35,496 bases of DNA. Source: Chiloscyllium plagiosum (Eukaryota). Made by a program: the position numbers and the translations under genes. Location of the stretch: contig NC_057719.1 of the NCBI RefSeq assembly GCF_004010195.1, forward strand, positions 22,714,252 through 22,749,747, read 5' to 3'. Shown piece by piece: positions 11,070-23,800 of this stretch. The first letter of the stretch is position 1, and each line of letters opens with the position of its first letter. The notes under the pieces were generated by a model that ran no database searches, was not told the DNA's origin, and worked only from the letters and a program-made list of their open reading frames with translations.

Positions 11070-11745
11070 GAAGTTTCTGGGTGTTCTTGCACATGAAACA
11101 CAAAGTGTTAGTATGGGGAGATGCAGCAAGTCATTGAGAAGGCCTTTGGTGCTAGTTGTTTTAAAAGGAGGATATTTTGTTATTTCTGTGCAGAGTGTTG
11201 TTCGGACTGCATTCTGTTTTGCTCCCTGTGTTTAAGGATGAACTGCCATTGGAAGCTGTTCAAAAGGGACACATTTGGGCTGATTGCTGGGATGAAGAGG
11301 TTGACTTGCCAAACATGACAAAACAGATTAGGCCTTTATTCATCCAAGTTGAGAAGAATGGGCAGTGATCTTACTGAAACATACACAATTCTGACAGAGT
11401 AGGTATTGAACAGATATTTCCCCCGGTGGGGTAGCCTCAAACTAAAGGGGAATCACTCTGGAATAGGTGACAATCATTTAAAACTGAGATCCAGAGGAAT
11501 TTCATCTCCCAGAGTCTAGCGAATATCTGGAATTGTCCACTCCAGAGAGCTATGGAAACCAGATCACTGACATATTTAAAGTAGAGGTAGAGAGATTTTG
11601 AAATATCATGGAATTAGGGGTAATGTAGATTGGCTTGAAAGAGGAGTTGAAGTGTGGAGCAGATCAGCCATAATCTAGTTGAATGGTGGGGCAGTCTTGA
11701 GGGGCTGAATGGTCTATTCCTGCATTTATTTCTGACATTCCAATG
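11070..11745 (+). mobile_element. Old diverged CR1 3' fragment
   Basis: Degenerate ORF2 C-terminus (GVLAHETQ, QQVIEKA, LEAVQK) and the CR1 3' motif GAGGGGCTGAATGGTCTATTCCTG. Confidence 0.7.
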
Positions 11746-11749
11746 CTTT

Positions 11750-12200
11750 TTCTCACCGTCCCCTGTCGCCTCTGTGCTCCCTTGCTTTTCCCCTTTCCAT
11801 TAATTCTTCCCTGCTGCCCACCTCACTGCTGTTGTTCCTTCTGAGACATTTCCCCTCTTAGCTATTTCCCCCTCTCAGCCACTCCCAATTTCTGTTACTT
11901 CCCTCTCTGCTACTTCCCTCCTTGCTGTCCCACTCCCTACTACTCTGTCCCACTGCTGCTCCCTTCTCTGTCAGCCCCAATCACTCTCCTGTCTGCCACC
12001 CGCCTCTTATATCTTCTCTTTCTACCACTTCTCTCCCTACCACTGTGTTCTCTGCTGCCCCTATCACTTCCCTCTCTGCTACTGCTCTCTCTACTGCTCC
12101 CCTGCCACTTCCCTTCTGTGCCACCTCCTTTCATTCCTGTGTTACAGGCTGTCTGCTGTTACCTCTTTGCTGCCCCTCCCCTCTCTGCTGCATCCCTGTT
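11750..12200. repeat. CT-rich low-complexity tract
   Basis: Strong pyrimidine skew with recurrent CTCTCTGCT/CACTTCCCT motifs. Confidence 0.8.
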
Positions 12201-12351
12201 ATTGAAAGTACTCAAACTGCCCCTATCCAAGGTCCATTCGAGATAACTGGGCCCCATGTAGCTCAACCTTGCCTTGCAAAACTGGAATCAAATAATATCG
12301 GGGAAAGCTGTCCACTTGCTGGATTATAAAGGAATTTGACAATAGTTCTTG

Positions 12352-12436
12352 GAGGTCACCTTGAGGACAATTAGGGATGGACAATAAATCATGGCCCAGC
12401 CAATGGCTCCTACATTCTGTCAAAGAATTAAAATAA
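12352..12436 (+). mobile_element. L2-type LINE/SINE 3' tail
   Basis: GGACAATTAGGGATGGACAATAAAT...GGCCCAGCCA; homologous to the end of 23945-24142. Confidence 0.6.
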
Positions 12437-13251
12437 AACTATACCAGCAATATGTAGAAATCAGCCTCCCGGCACAAATATTCTCAGTTAACCTCCTGCA
12501 GGTTTTTTAGAAAGTTCGTCAAGAGGAGAAGAGTCCTTCCAGAGGACTGGCAAAGGAGGCCATGCCACTAAATCACACCAATCTGGTCAGTGAGTGCCAT
12601 TTTGGTCAGTATCAAGTTCAGGGTAAAAAGGACTGCACTACACCAACCTTGTATCTCTTGAACTCAACCCTCCAAGAACCAGCCTGTCCCCCCAAGTAAA
12701 TTGCATCCTCAACTTCCCCAGACGAGAGTGTTGAGGTATCAGAGGGATCACTGTCAGACTGCCTCCTGGACAGCCCAGCAGCATGAAGGATGACATTTTG
12801 GTGAGGTTCATATGTGTGAACAGGATCGTACGCTGCTGAGTTTCACACAGCGACAGCTTTGCAGGTAGGTGAGGGAGAAACATTCCAGTTTTGAGTCAGG
12901 AGACTGAGGGGGTGACTGGTGTTCCCACCTCCATCAGCCTACACCCTCTAACTGATGGATGTGCAAACAAAGAGGATCAACTCAACTCTGGCAAGAAGAC
13001 CCCGAATATATTTGGCCCATGCAAACCCAAACACTTTGAATGTCAACTTTCTGAACCTCCACGGCCAACAAACTCCATTATAGAGGAGGCTCCCTTTACT
13101 CCATGTGCAGAGCAGGAGGGAAGGGTAGACAAATATGTCTCATGGTACTTAGAAGCCACAGCTAACAATGTTATGTAAATAGATTGTGTTCTTGAGAATT
13201 TTATTTACGTAGTTTCTTCCTTTTTTCATGAACTATTCCTTTTTCACTGTT

Positions 13252-13621
13252 CAAGTGGTAGATGGAGTTTAATTTAGATAAATGTGGGAAAGCAAATCTT
13301 AGCAGGACTTATACACTTTCTGGTAAGGTCCGAGGGAGTGTTGCTGAACAAAGAGACCTTGGAGTGCAGGTTCATAGCTCCTTGAAAGTGGAACCGCAGG
13401 TAGATAGGATAGTGAAGAAGGCGTTTGGTATGCTTTCCTTTACTGGTCGGAGTATTGAGTAGAGGAGTTGGGAGGTCATGTTGCGGCTGTACAGGACATT
13501 GGTTAGGCCACTGTTGGAATATTGCATGCAATTCTGGTCTCCTTCCTATCGGAAAGATGTTGTGAAACTTGAGAGGGTTCAGAAAAGATTTACAAGGATG
13601 TTGCCAGGGTTGGAGGATTTG
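13252..13621 (+). mobile_element. Internal CR1 ORF2 fragment lacking a 3' tail
   Basis: WxMEFNLDKC, RDLGVQVHSSLKV, LVRPLLEYCMQFWSP; stops abruptly after PGLEDL. Confidence 0.92.
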
Positions 13622-16600
13622 GCAGATCTCTGGCAAATCCCTTTTCTCCAGACTGACCCTACTAGAGACAAAGGACTAATTGTGACACATTCTGTGGAAC
13701 ACAGAGACATAGACCTCTTGAGCATAGCTATCCTGACTGTCCCTGACTGAAGCCCAGGACTGGTATGAGACACTGCCCAGCACTAACTGTGCTGCTCACC
13801 CCAGTCTGGCAAATGCTCTTGTGGGCTTCACTATGGCCTACTCTTTGAAGTGTTCCAGACATGTTTCACCGCTCGTTGTGAATGTCATATATTTGACACG
13901 GAAATTGCTGTTGGACTGGAGTGGCACACTGACGCATGACAAAGCGTAGGTGCTATTGTATGTGGGCTTCCGCACAGCATGGCCACCCGCCTGGTATGTG
14001 ACTGTGTCAATTGCCATGGCAAAACATGGCAGGGCAAGGCAAAGCATGCATGCAGTGGGCATGCTGCTCACAGGTGAATGTACAATGAGATAGCAAGACA
14101 GCAGCCCCGTTTGGCAGCCAGATCCATGCCCGGGCATGGCTGCTTGTCCCTGTATGGTAACTATACCCGACGCAGCTGTATACTTCTGGTTGTTAGCATG
14201 CCCTGCTAGACAAGTCTGCCCTCACAGGGGACACTATCATTATGCTGGAGGATGCCAGGATGTTGGCGACAGCTTCCTGAAAATCAGTTGGCAATGTCTA
14301 TGGTAGAAGGGTTACCCACGGCTGGTACTTGTGGATCGTGCCTTGCTGTGCAGTTTGGCTATGGAAATATGGAGGTCATTTGGAACAGGTTGTGATTTGA
14401 ATACATAAAGAACTCATTTTGGTTTCCATGTTGACTTCACCTTGGAATCATTCAATTTCAAAGTACATTTGAAATAAACTTTTAGGAGGATGCCTAAAAA
14501 TGAAAAATAGAAAGCATTTTTTTTCTGTAAATGAACTCATCCACAAGAAAATGGCCATTGAATCGAAAATGTCAGCAGCATATCAGTACTAAGATGATAA
14601 TCGAAAATAAAGAACACTATCAAGCACAATAAATAAAACAGCAATGCCAAGCGATGCCATTTAACTGAGATAATGGTTTAGTTTTGTCAATTTTTGCTAA
14701 TTTTAATTCTAATTTCCTCAGTTTTAAACAGAGAAATATTTATGATTGCGTCTTGTCAGAGATCAATTGATATAGTGCAATAAATTGAAAGTGAAATAAT
14801 GTTGAATGTAAATGCAGAACTATATTGTACAGTCTGTTGGCAAAGCTGTGATTCCATGTGAATATGGAGGAGGAACAATGTTTCCTTTTCTCTGTTCTTC
14901 ATACAATTCTGGATGTTTAGTTTTGCTTTTGGTACACATTTTCTTCGTGCCAAATGACAAGACAATACAGATTTTGCAATCAAAAATCAAACAACTGTTG
15001 TTTCACATCACAGTTGTAAACATTTGCACATTTTTTTTTCCTGTAGTTGGTTTCTTCTTCATTGCCTCCTCTCAGCTTTGAATTATTGTGTTCTCATTTT
15101 TGATCTTCCGAACCCTTATGGTCCACACATCTATTCTGCTCGACATATCTCTGCATGGGTTAGGAACAACATTTTTAAGGCATGCGTTTTATTCGGAACT
15201 CTGAGCAGCAATTAACCTGCAGGTCTAATCTTGTGGAGGAAAACGACAAGGCAAATTGATGCCTGCATTCTTCAAAGATTCAACTGTTGTTCATGATTAT
15301 GAGAGTATGAATTTGCTCCCTGTGCTTGATTAATTAAGCCTGGGTGTTGACACAGCGAAAAGTAAACAGAAAGAAAGAAATGGAAATGGCTTTAAGAATG
15401 GAATAGATAATTTAAAGCAATGTATAAAAGTTTGTAAATAAAGTTCCTTCAAATGAACATAATCTCTGTCTTGCTTTCTTGAAAACAAATATAAAATGCA
15501 TAAATCAGTGCCCGTACCTCATTTAGATTCACCACTGGTGCCCAGGAATTGAATCTAATTTTGGAGTTATTGCCTCAGAGAACCCAGGTGAATAAAAAAA
15601 AGTGTATTAAAAGATATGTTGTAATCAATTTATTAAAATGTTTTAATGTACTGATTTAAAGAAATTGGAGATAGGGAAAGGGATGGACATGACTGGTGGT
15701 GGATGAAGATTACGTGATAAAATGTCTAGGAATATGATAAAGCAGAATTGGTAACCCTAGTCTAAATCAATTAGAATAAGTAATCAGCCTGCACTCCTCA
15801 TGTCATTGATTGAGAGCTCTCCTAAAGGTGAAGGGACAGAAATTGTGTACCTCTAGCACAACTTAGAGGTGGCCTGGGCATCTTAAAGGAGTGACACTCT
15901 TCAGTTTCATTTAACTTGAGGGATTAAATACGGGCGGAACCTATGAATCTAAAAGCAGAAACTGGTGATGGAACCCAGATTTTCAGACTCCATTTTGGAG
16001 GCTTGATTTTTGAGGAGCTCAGCGAGAACTTTGAAGCTCTGTAGCTGGCCACAGTGAAAAGACATGGCAGAAATGTTCGATGCCATTAAATAGACTAATC
16101 AGGTCTTCTAAGATGAGAGTCACAAATATCATCTCCGTTCCTTGCTGCTAATCCCCGACAAATCCTGAAACCCAATTTTCAACTGTTGCTCTACCACTTT
16201 CTTTCATTGTCCTCTAACATGGTTGCATAGAAGATTATGTTTTTCTTATATTGTGTGCAATTTTGGTCTCCTTCCTATCGGAATGATGTTGTGAAACTTG
16301 AGAGGGTTCAGAAAGGATTTACAGGGATGTTGCCAGGTTTGGAGGGTTTGAGCTGGAGGGAGAGGTTGAATAGGCTGGGGCTGTTTTCCCTAGAGCGTCG
16401 GAGGCTGAGGGGTGACCTAATAGAGGTTTATAAAATCACGAGGAGCATGGATATGGTAAATAGACAAAGTCTTTTCCCTGGGATGGGGGAATCCAGAACA
16501 AGAGGGTATAGGTTTAGGATGAGAGGGGAAAGATGTAAAAGAGACCTAACGGGCAACATTTTCATGCAAAGGGTGGTGCATGTATAGAATGAGCTGCCAG

Positions 16601-16716
16601 AGGAAGTGGTGGAGGCTGGTGCAATTGCAACATTTAAAAGGCATGTGGATAGGTGTATGAATAGGAAGGGTTCTGAGGAATATGGGCCGGGTGATGGCAG
16701 GTTGGACTAGATTAGA

Positions 16717-17012
16717 ACATAGAACATAGAAAAGTACAGCACAGAACAGGCCCTTTGGTCCATGATGTTGTGCCGAGATTTAATCCTAATGTAAAATATA
16801 GTAACTTAATCTACACACCCCTCAACTCACTGCTATCCATGTGCAAGTCCAGCAGTCACTTAAATGTCCCCAATGACTCTGCTTCCACCACCACAGCTGG
16901 CAACGCATTCCATGCATTTACTACTCTCTGCGTAAAGAACCTACCTCTGACGTCTCCTTTATACCTTCCTCCTAATATCTTCAAACTATGACTTCTTGTA
17001 CCAGTCCATCCT
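16717..17012 (-). mobile_element. Nested CR1 3' fragment
   Basis: (AACATAG)n reverse tail; minus strand reads FFTQRVV-AWNAL; TSD GATTAGA at 16710-16716 and 17013-17019. Confidence 0.88.
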
Positions 17013-17048
17013 GATTAGATTGGGATTATCTGGTCAGCATGGAAGAAG

Positions 17049-17371
17049 TGGTGGGTGGCATGGTGGAACAGTGGTTAGCACTGCTGCCTCACAGCGCCAG
17101 AGACCCAGGTTCAATTCCAGCCTCAGGCGACTGACTGTGTGGAGTTTGCACATTCTCCCCATGTCTCCATGGGTTTCCTCCAGGTGCTCTGGTTTCCTCC
17201 CACAGTCCAAAAAAAAAGTGCAGATTAGGTGACTTGACCATGCTAAATTGTCCGTAGTGTTAGGGGCAGGGGTAAATGTAGGGGAATGGGTCTGGATGGG
17301 TTGCGCTTCAGCAGATCGGTGTGGACTTGTTGGGCCGAAGGGCCTGTTTCCACACAGTAAGTAATCTAATC
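17049..17371 (+). mobile_element. HE1-type SINE, full length, nested in CR1 3' UTR
   Basis: A-box TGGAACAGTGGTTAG, B-box GGTTCAATTCC, conserved central domain, CR1-like 3' end, TAATC tail. Confidence 0.92.
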
Positions 17372-18261
17372 AATTGGACTGAAGGGTCTGTTTCCATGCT
17401 GTACATCTCTATGAGTCTATGACTCTATCTGTTTGCACAGCCTCCACCTCCACTTATTGTCTCTCACTTCACCCAATCTGTGCCTTTGTAACATTCTTTT
17501 TTCTCCTCCATTGAGGTCATTGAAGATATCTTATTTTAGGAAGTCATAGCATAAAATCAGCACTAACCATATAAGACAGATCATCACATTGTTCTTCACC
17601 ACAATCTGTACAGAGGATGCATTACCAATTTGAATTGTTGAGTAAAAAAGATTACATTTGATACAACTGAAGAATTAATGTCATAGTTTCAGGTGGTGGA
17701 TTCGAAAGTTGTCAGCAATGCCTGCAGCAAGAACATTAGTTTGAAATTTAGATACGGTGTAGCAGAAAAGTGGGAGCCTGATTTACAAGGAAATTGAATA
17801 ATTTCAGAAACTGCTTCGTCGAAGGTTCTGGTATTCCTATCATTATGAGTGAGTGGATTGTTGGAAATGAAACATTAACCCAATTCATTTTCACTTTCAA
17901 TTACTTGCTACAGTCACCTACGGGACATACAGTTTGATATGAAATGATTGTATTTCGTTACCAACCATGTTGTACTTGCAAGACAGTAAATATAATGTCG
18001 AACATTAGTTGTGATTTTGAAATTTGTCAACATTTACTGAATAGTCCCAAATGTGCTAAGAATTACGCTGGTAATTAATGTGAGATCATCAAGTAAACTC
18101 GTAGGGTGTGTACTTACATTTACTGGAGCTAGAAAATGTTGAACTAATTAGCAAGTCTTAGACACTGTATCTCAGTGTCCATAAATAATTAACAATGTTG
18201 TTGTAAGATTGAGTTACTTATCTTCAGAGAAAAGATTCTAACCATCACCAATATACCAGGA

Positions 18262-19800
18262 ACTAAAGCAAAAAAGCCTGGAAAAGCTCAGCAGGTCTGG
18301 CAGCATCTGTGAAACAGAAATCAGAATTAACGTCTCAAGACCTGTGACCCTTTTTCAGAACAAATGGTGGCAAGGAAAAAAATAGCTTCTATGCAGAATT
18401 TAGGATGTGGGCAAGGAAGTAAGGAGTAAACAACAGGTGGAGATAGAATCCAAAGTAAAAGAAGAACTGTTTGACAGATAACGGAGTGGATAATGATCAG
18501 CCTTGGACAATGAATGGCTACTACTGGGGACACTTTGTGGCTAACAATGGGTTGTGTGTAATAGCAGACCACGTGATAACAAGACATGGTATTTGGGGGT
18601 TGAGGTAAGGAAATGGGAAAAAGTGCCTCAAGCCACACAATTGCTGAACTCAAAATTGAGTCTGGAAGGCTGTAGAGTTCCCAAATGGAAAATGAGATGC
18701 TGCACTTTCAGCTTGCACTGAGCTGTGCTGGAGCACTGCAGTAAGCCTGAGACAGATTTTGGCCAGGGAACAGCATGGTATGTTAAAGTGAGACTAAAAA
18801 ACTACAGATGCTGGAATCCAAAGTAGACATATGGGAGACTGGAAGAACACAGCACGCCAGAAAGCATCAGGAAGTGGAGAAATCAACATTTTGGGTATGA
18901 CTCTTCTTCAGGAGTAGATGAGGGGGTAGGGAGAGCTACAGATAAAGAGTGTGTTGAAGTGGCAGACAACTGGAAGCTCAGGGTCTTTTCTGCAGACAGA
19001 GTGGAGGTGCTCTGCGAAGCATTCACCCAAACTACGCTCATATCCCCACTGTAGAGGAGATTACATTGTGACCGGCAAATGCAGTAGACTAAATTGAGTG
19101 AAGGAGGAGTGGACAAGGCTATCCCAGACGAAAACATCCTTGTGGAAGCCTGACAAGGAAGATGAAAGGAATATGTGTCTGGTGGTGGCATCCCACTGGA
19201 GGTATTGGAAATAGGGAGCAATGATCCTTTGGATGTGGATGTTGTTGGGATGGTAGGTGAGGATAAGGGGGAACCCTATTACTATTTTGGGAAAGAAGAA
19301 AGGGGGTAAGTGTTGGAGTGCGGGAGATGGAACAAACCTAACTGAGGGTCCTGTTAATTACATTGCTGGGAAATCCTCAGTTGAGGAAGAAGATGGATAT
19401 TTTAGAAGCCCCCTTATTGACATTGGCTTCATCAGAACAGATGTGATAGAGATGGAGGAATTGGGAGAATGGAATAGAGTCTTTACAGGAAGTGGGATGT
19501 GATCAAGGTAACTAGGAATCAGTGGGTTTGTAGTGGATATTGGTGGCCAGCCTATCCTCAGATATGGAATCAAAGATAATGAGGAAGAAAAGGGAGAAGT
19601 CAGAAATAGACCACACGATTGTGACAGCAGGGTAGAAATTGGAAGTGAAATTGATAAACTTATCCAATTCTGGATAGGAGAGGGAAATAGCACCAATATC
19701 ATCAATACACCAGAGAAAGCGTTGTGTGTGGGGATTGGAATAGGACTGGAACAAGGAATGTTTCAAGTACCCTACAAAGGGACAGGCATAACTGGGGCCC
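18262..19800 (-). mobile_element. Decayed Penelope-like retroelement: RT C-terminal part, GIY-YIG endonuclease and 3' pLTR
   Basis: GPSYACPFVGY...FLWCIDD (RT YxDD equivalent), IHYKPTDS, NLVYCICRSQCNLLYSG (GIY-YIG), QHLIFHLGTLQP; decayed hammerhead at about 18327-18360. Confidence 0.88.
18791..18948 (-). mobile_element. pLTR insert of another Penelope-like family inside the GIY-YIG region
   Basis: Decayed hammerhead CTGAAGA-agagtcataccc-AAAATgtt (minus, about 18882-18915); degenerate TSD GTATGTTAAAGTG 18778-18790 / GTGTGTTGAAGTG 18949-18961. Confidence 0.7.
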
Positions 19801-20599
19801 TTTTATACCAATGCCAGGCATTGTCTTTGATTATATATCCTATTTCCTGTAAATTATTGGAATCATTTGTGAAATTAACATCAGTTGGGGATAAAAATAT
19901 TTTAAAAGGTTTATTTAACGAAAATGCCTGTAATGCAAGAAGAGTAAAAATTAATTGATTGAACAATTGAATGTGATTGCTATTCTTTGTATGTAGTCAA
20001 AGTTGAACACAAACAAGTCACTGCATCTTTTCAGAAATCAAAAACTGCACTATCAATTCAAGATCTATACTGGTTTTACTAGCTATATGTGAATTAGAAA
20101 ATACTGGATTGTGTTATTAAACATTTAAACTGATAATAAGTCACTCCTTGTAGAAAATGTTACTGATAAGGATATTGGTTGCAATGATAAAAACCTGTGC
20201 TGCAAGCTTAAGTAGAGATAATTCTGAACTGGTAAGCAATATACTTGTACAGCATACATACAACTGTGTTACAAAATGCTATAAACATTTTGTGCATGTA
20301 ATAATTCTCCCTCTCTTAAATCCAGATCATGACTAATGTGAAGTATGTACCTCAGTAGAGTATAAAAATGTACAACATACATAACTAGCCAATTTTAAAT
20401 CTCGACTCACAATGGATAGTTGTCTGTAAAATGGAACAGGATAAGTTTCAAAAAGTATTGAATATCTGGTCAGGAACGACATCATTAAGAGCTTTGCAAG
20501 TGCAAACTCCCTCGAAAGTTTCCTTCATCTATTGTACCATGTGTTCATACTGAAACTCGAGTCCTGCGCTACTAAAGGAATAAACATTAAAGAGTTGAA

Positions 20600-20827
20600 T
20601 TAGATTAGATTAGATTACTTACAGTGTGGAAACAGGCACTTCAGCCCAACAAGTCCACACTGACCCATCGAAGTGCAACCCACCCAGACCCATTCCCCTA
20701 CGTTTACCGCTTCACCTAACGCTACGGGCAATTTATCATGGCCAATTCACTTAACCTGTTTGGACTGTGGGAGGAAACCCACGCAAACACGGGGAGAATG
20801 TGCAAACTCCACACAGTCAGTCGCCTG
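20600..20827 (-). mobile_element. HE1-type SINE, 5' truncated
   Basis: (TAGAT)n reverse tail; body is the reverse complement of the 3' two-thirds of the copy at 17049-17371. Confidence 0.92.
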
Positions 20828-21228
20828 CAAGAATTCACCATTTGTCTGGAATAACATTCCCTGGGGTTCCCTTGGATCATTGACTGGAGTAATGAGGGAC
20901 ATCTCATCAAAATTCAGGTCCAATTTTGAGGATCAATGTCCTGCACCCAAGGGTACTTAAAAACGCCTGATTTGAACTTGGGTTGATTAATTTTTCAGAA
21001 GTACAGGCAGGAGCCTACAACAGGTGCTGTGTTCCATGCACAAGTCAATGATGGGGGTCTAATGCCTGATTTATTTTGTCTCACAACAATTAGATGTCTG
21101 GTGTCAGGATGTTTCAAGGGCAGCTGAAACATCTTCTGTGGTGAAGGAATTCATTTTTCCCAGCTTCACAAGACACTGGGTGAGTTGTTGCTGTTTATGA
21201 GCAGTCCCACTCACTCTGTTGACTTGCA

Positions 21229-21255
21229 GTCTCTCTCTCTCTCACACACACACAC
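21229..21255. repeat. (CT)n(CA)n compound microsatellite
   Basis: Direct reading. Confidence 0.85.
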
Positions 21256-21772
21256 TTACTTCATGGCTGCCTGATGTAAACTGTAGAAGGTCAAATTCCC
21301 TATGGAGTGGCAATGGGACTAGCAGTCCAAACGCATTATTTATCCTGATTTAGCCATGCAATGCTACTGCATTACTACCTTTGTGTCAAATCTATTAGTG
21401 AGACTTCATACGTCTGTTGTCTCTCAAGGTCATTAGTTGAGGAGCTGCAGAATACAAGCCAGCTTGGTCTCAGATACAATGCTCAGTATGTGAGTGCTGA
21501 TTAAAAAGATTAGAAAGGAACTGAATTGGCTATAACATCTTTTAGCATGGGTGGCAAAAAACAAAGTTACATCTTTCATTCTTGGCCATTATCATTCAGG
21601 AAATGTCTGTTTTTGGACCTGAAAGGAGACATGAATGAGCTTGAGTCTGTGCTCTTTATCCATTGATGCTTTTCCAACTCGATTGTCTGTCAAAGCTTGC
21701 AGTCAAAATTCAGTCATAAGTAATAAGGGACCAGTGGTGACCAGCATCCATGGGATTATACCACAGCAAATA

Positions 21773-22097
21773 GGGCAGCACGGTGGCTCAGTGGTTAGCG
21801 TGGTGCCTCACAGCACCAGAGACCTAGGTTTGATTCCAGCGTCAGGTGACTGTGTGGAGTTTGCACATTCTCCCCGTGTCTGCATGGGTTTTCTCCACGT
21901 GCTCCAATTTCCTCCCACAGTCCAAAGATGTGCAGGTCAGATGAATTGCCCATGCTAAATTGCCCATAGTGTTAGGTGCATTAATCAGGGGGAAAATTAG
22001 GGTAGAGAAATGGGTCTGGTTGCATTACTCTTCAGAGGGTCGGTGTGGACTTGTTGGGCCAAATAGCCTGTTTCCACACAATAGGGAATCTAATCTA
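21773..22097 (+). mobile_element. HE1-type SINE, full length
   Basis: GGTGGCTCAGTGGTTAGC A-box, B-box-like GGTTTGATTCC, central domain, AATCT tail. Confidence 0.92.
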
Positions 22098-22257
22098 AAA
22101 ATGGCCTTATGGTCAGGGGAAAAAACAATGCCACAGAAGATTGTCAAACTTTGCTGAGAATACAAATATACTAATAATATGGGTATTGTTTATAAAACTA
22201 TGTGTTTATAAGAGAATAGAGGTTTCATTTGTTAACATACATTAGGCACAGTTCCAA

Positions 22258-22465
22258 AACGCACACAGAAATTGCTGGAGAATCTCAGCAGGTCTGACAG
22301 TATCTGTGGGAAGAAGAGTTAACGTTTTGAGTCCAGTGACACTTGATTAGAACAGTTCAATATGTTAACTCTGCTTTCTTACACCGATGTTGCCAGACCT
22401 GCTAGGTTCCTCCAGCGATTTCTGGTTTTGTTTCAGGCATCCAGCATCTGTAGCCCTTTGTTTTA
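22258..22465. mobile_element. Fold-back pair of Penelope-like pLTR fragments
   Basis: CAGAAATTGCTGGAG..AGCAGGTCTGACA..AGAGTTAAC inverted against GTTAACTCT..TGCCAGACCTGCT..CTCCAGCGATTTCTG; decayed minus-strand hammerhead next to the centre. Confidence 0.75.
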
Positions 22466-22586
22466 TTTTAGTGATGGTTCTAGTTGCCTTCAGAAGGAAT
22501 CCCTTCAAGATGCTGGACAGCTGAAGCATCATGGCAGGTGGTTCCAAGAACATACGGCCATTTTCAAGATTGTCAGGCCTTAGTTG

Positions 22587-22970
22587 TCACAGAGTTAGAG
22601 AATCATGCAGCACAGAAACAGACTCTTCAGTCCAACTGGTCCATGCCGAACATAATCCCAAACTAAACTAGTCCCACCTGCCTGCTCCTGGCCTATATTA
22701 CTCCAAACCTTTCCTATGCATGTATTTATCTAAGTGTCTTCTAGATGTTGCAACTGTACCCCATCCACTACTTCCTCAGCAAGTTCATTCCACGTGTATA
22801 CAAAATGTACCCCTCATTTTTAAAATCTCTCACCTTAAAAAAATGCCCCCTAGTTTTGAAAATCCCCACCCAAGGAAAGACACCTACCATTAACTCTGTA
22901 TACCCCTGTTGAGTTTACCAGCCTCTATAAGGTCACCTCTCAACCTCCTACTCTCTAGTGAGAAAAGTCC
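22587..22970 (-). mobile_element. CR1/HER1 3' fragment, diverged
   Basis: Reverse complement of the HER1 3' UTR and RRLRGDLIE coding region. Confidence 0.85.
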
Positions 22971-23099
22971 ATGGTTTCTCAGGGGAATTGCTGCATCTCT
23001 GATTCTCCAGACCAGCAAATCAGGTAGGATGGGTGTGGCTATTTTTCAGGTGGGCATTATAACCAATGGTGTGCAGGGCTTGGGGTGGCATGAGGTCAA

Positions 23100-23800
23100 A
23101 GTGCAGTTTAAAACAAAATTGTGAGGGAGGAGACCAACTGTCTGCCAGGATGTATCCTCAGTATTACAGAGAAGGCATTTACTGGGATCATTTCAAAAGA
23201 CTTCCTCATTTGCAGATTGGGTGTGCCTGGAATATGCAATGCTTTCTGTGGTGGCAGGTCTGCTGTGGCTGTCTCATCCTCATAAGCTAGCTTCAAGAGA
23301 AAAGTTAAGAACAATGTAGCTCTCTTTACCTTACATTGATAGATCTCTCATGGGTGTTCAATGCTGTCGGCAGAGCAGGACCCTACAGGATTTGGATGAA
23401 AATTGCTTGCCCATCAAAGCCGGTCAGTATCATCCACTTTCCCAGAACAGCATGCACTGGACGATTCCTTTTTTGTTCTGACAGCTTCAGAGTAAAGAAG
23501 GGATTGAAATGAGGACTACCCCAAATTTGTCTGGCACTTCCTTCTGTGTACTCCTCCCCAGTAGAGTTTACTTGCACACCAGGTCAGATGGCAAGTTCTA
23601 TGATCTATCAAGACTGAAAGCAAAAGTAAAAACATACCTGATCAGCATTTGTGCTGCTAATGCTGCACAAGCCAGTCAAATGGAAATTCAGCTACGCACG
23701 GCATGACACCCAAAGCTGTAACTTGTTTTCCTTGACTACAAGTCCCAAGTTAACCATAGCCATGGGACAAGGAATTGCATCACCACCCTTGCACATACTC
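23100..23800 (+). mobile_element. Ancient RTE-clade LINE RT remnant
   Basis: VYLHTRSDGKFYDLSRLKAKVK (ORF 23509-23706) is typical of RTE/BovB-like RT; upstream degenerate QC-F, LQEK and I-CP-K motifs. Confidence 0.7.

Larger units (their letters stand above)
16246..17428 (+). mobile_element. 5'-truncated CR1/HER1 LINE interrupted by two nested insertions
   Basis: ORF 16237-16587; the 3' UTR resumes at 17013-17048 and 17372-17428 with a (CTCTATGA)n tail. Confidence 0.92.

Noticed and set aside
11922..12329. 135-aa Ser/Pro/Leu-rich protein
   Set aside because: Product of a CT-rich low-complexity tract that is poor in stop codons
17049..17130. tRNA genes (also 21773, 10245, 7300-7378, 7805-7880)
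   Set aside because: A/B boxes belong to SINE heads; no cloverleaf, and most are followed by SINE bodies
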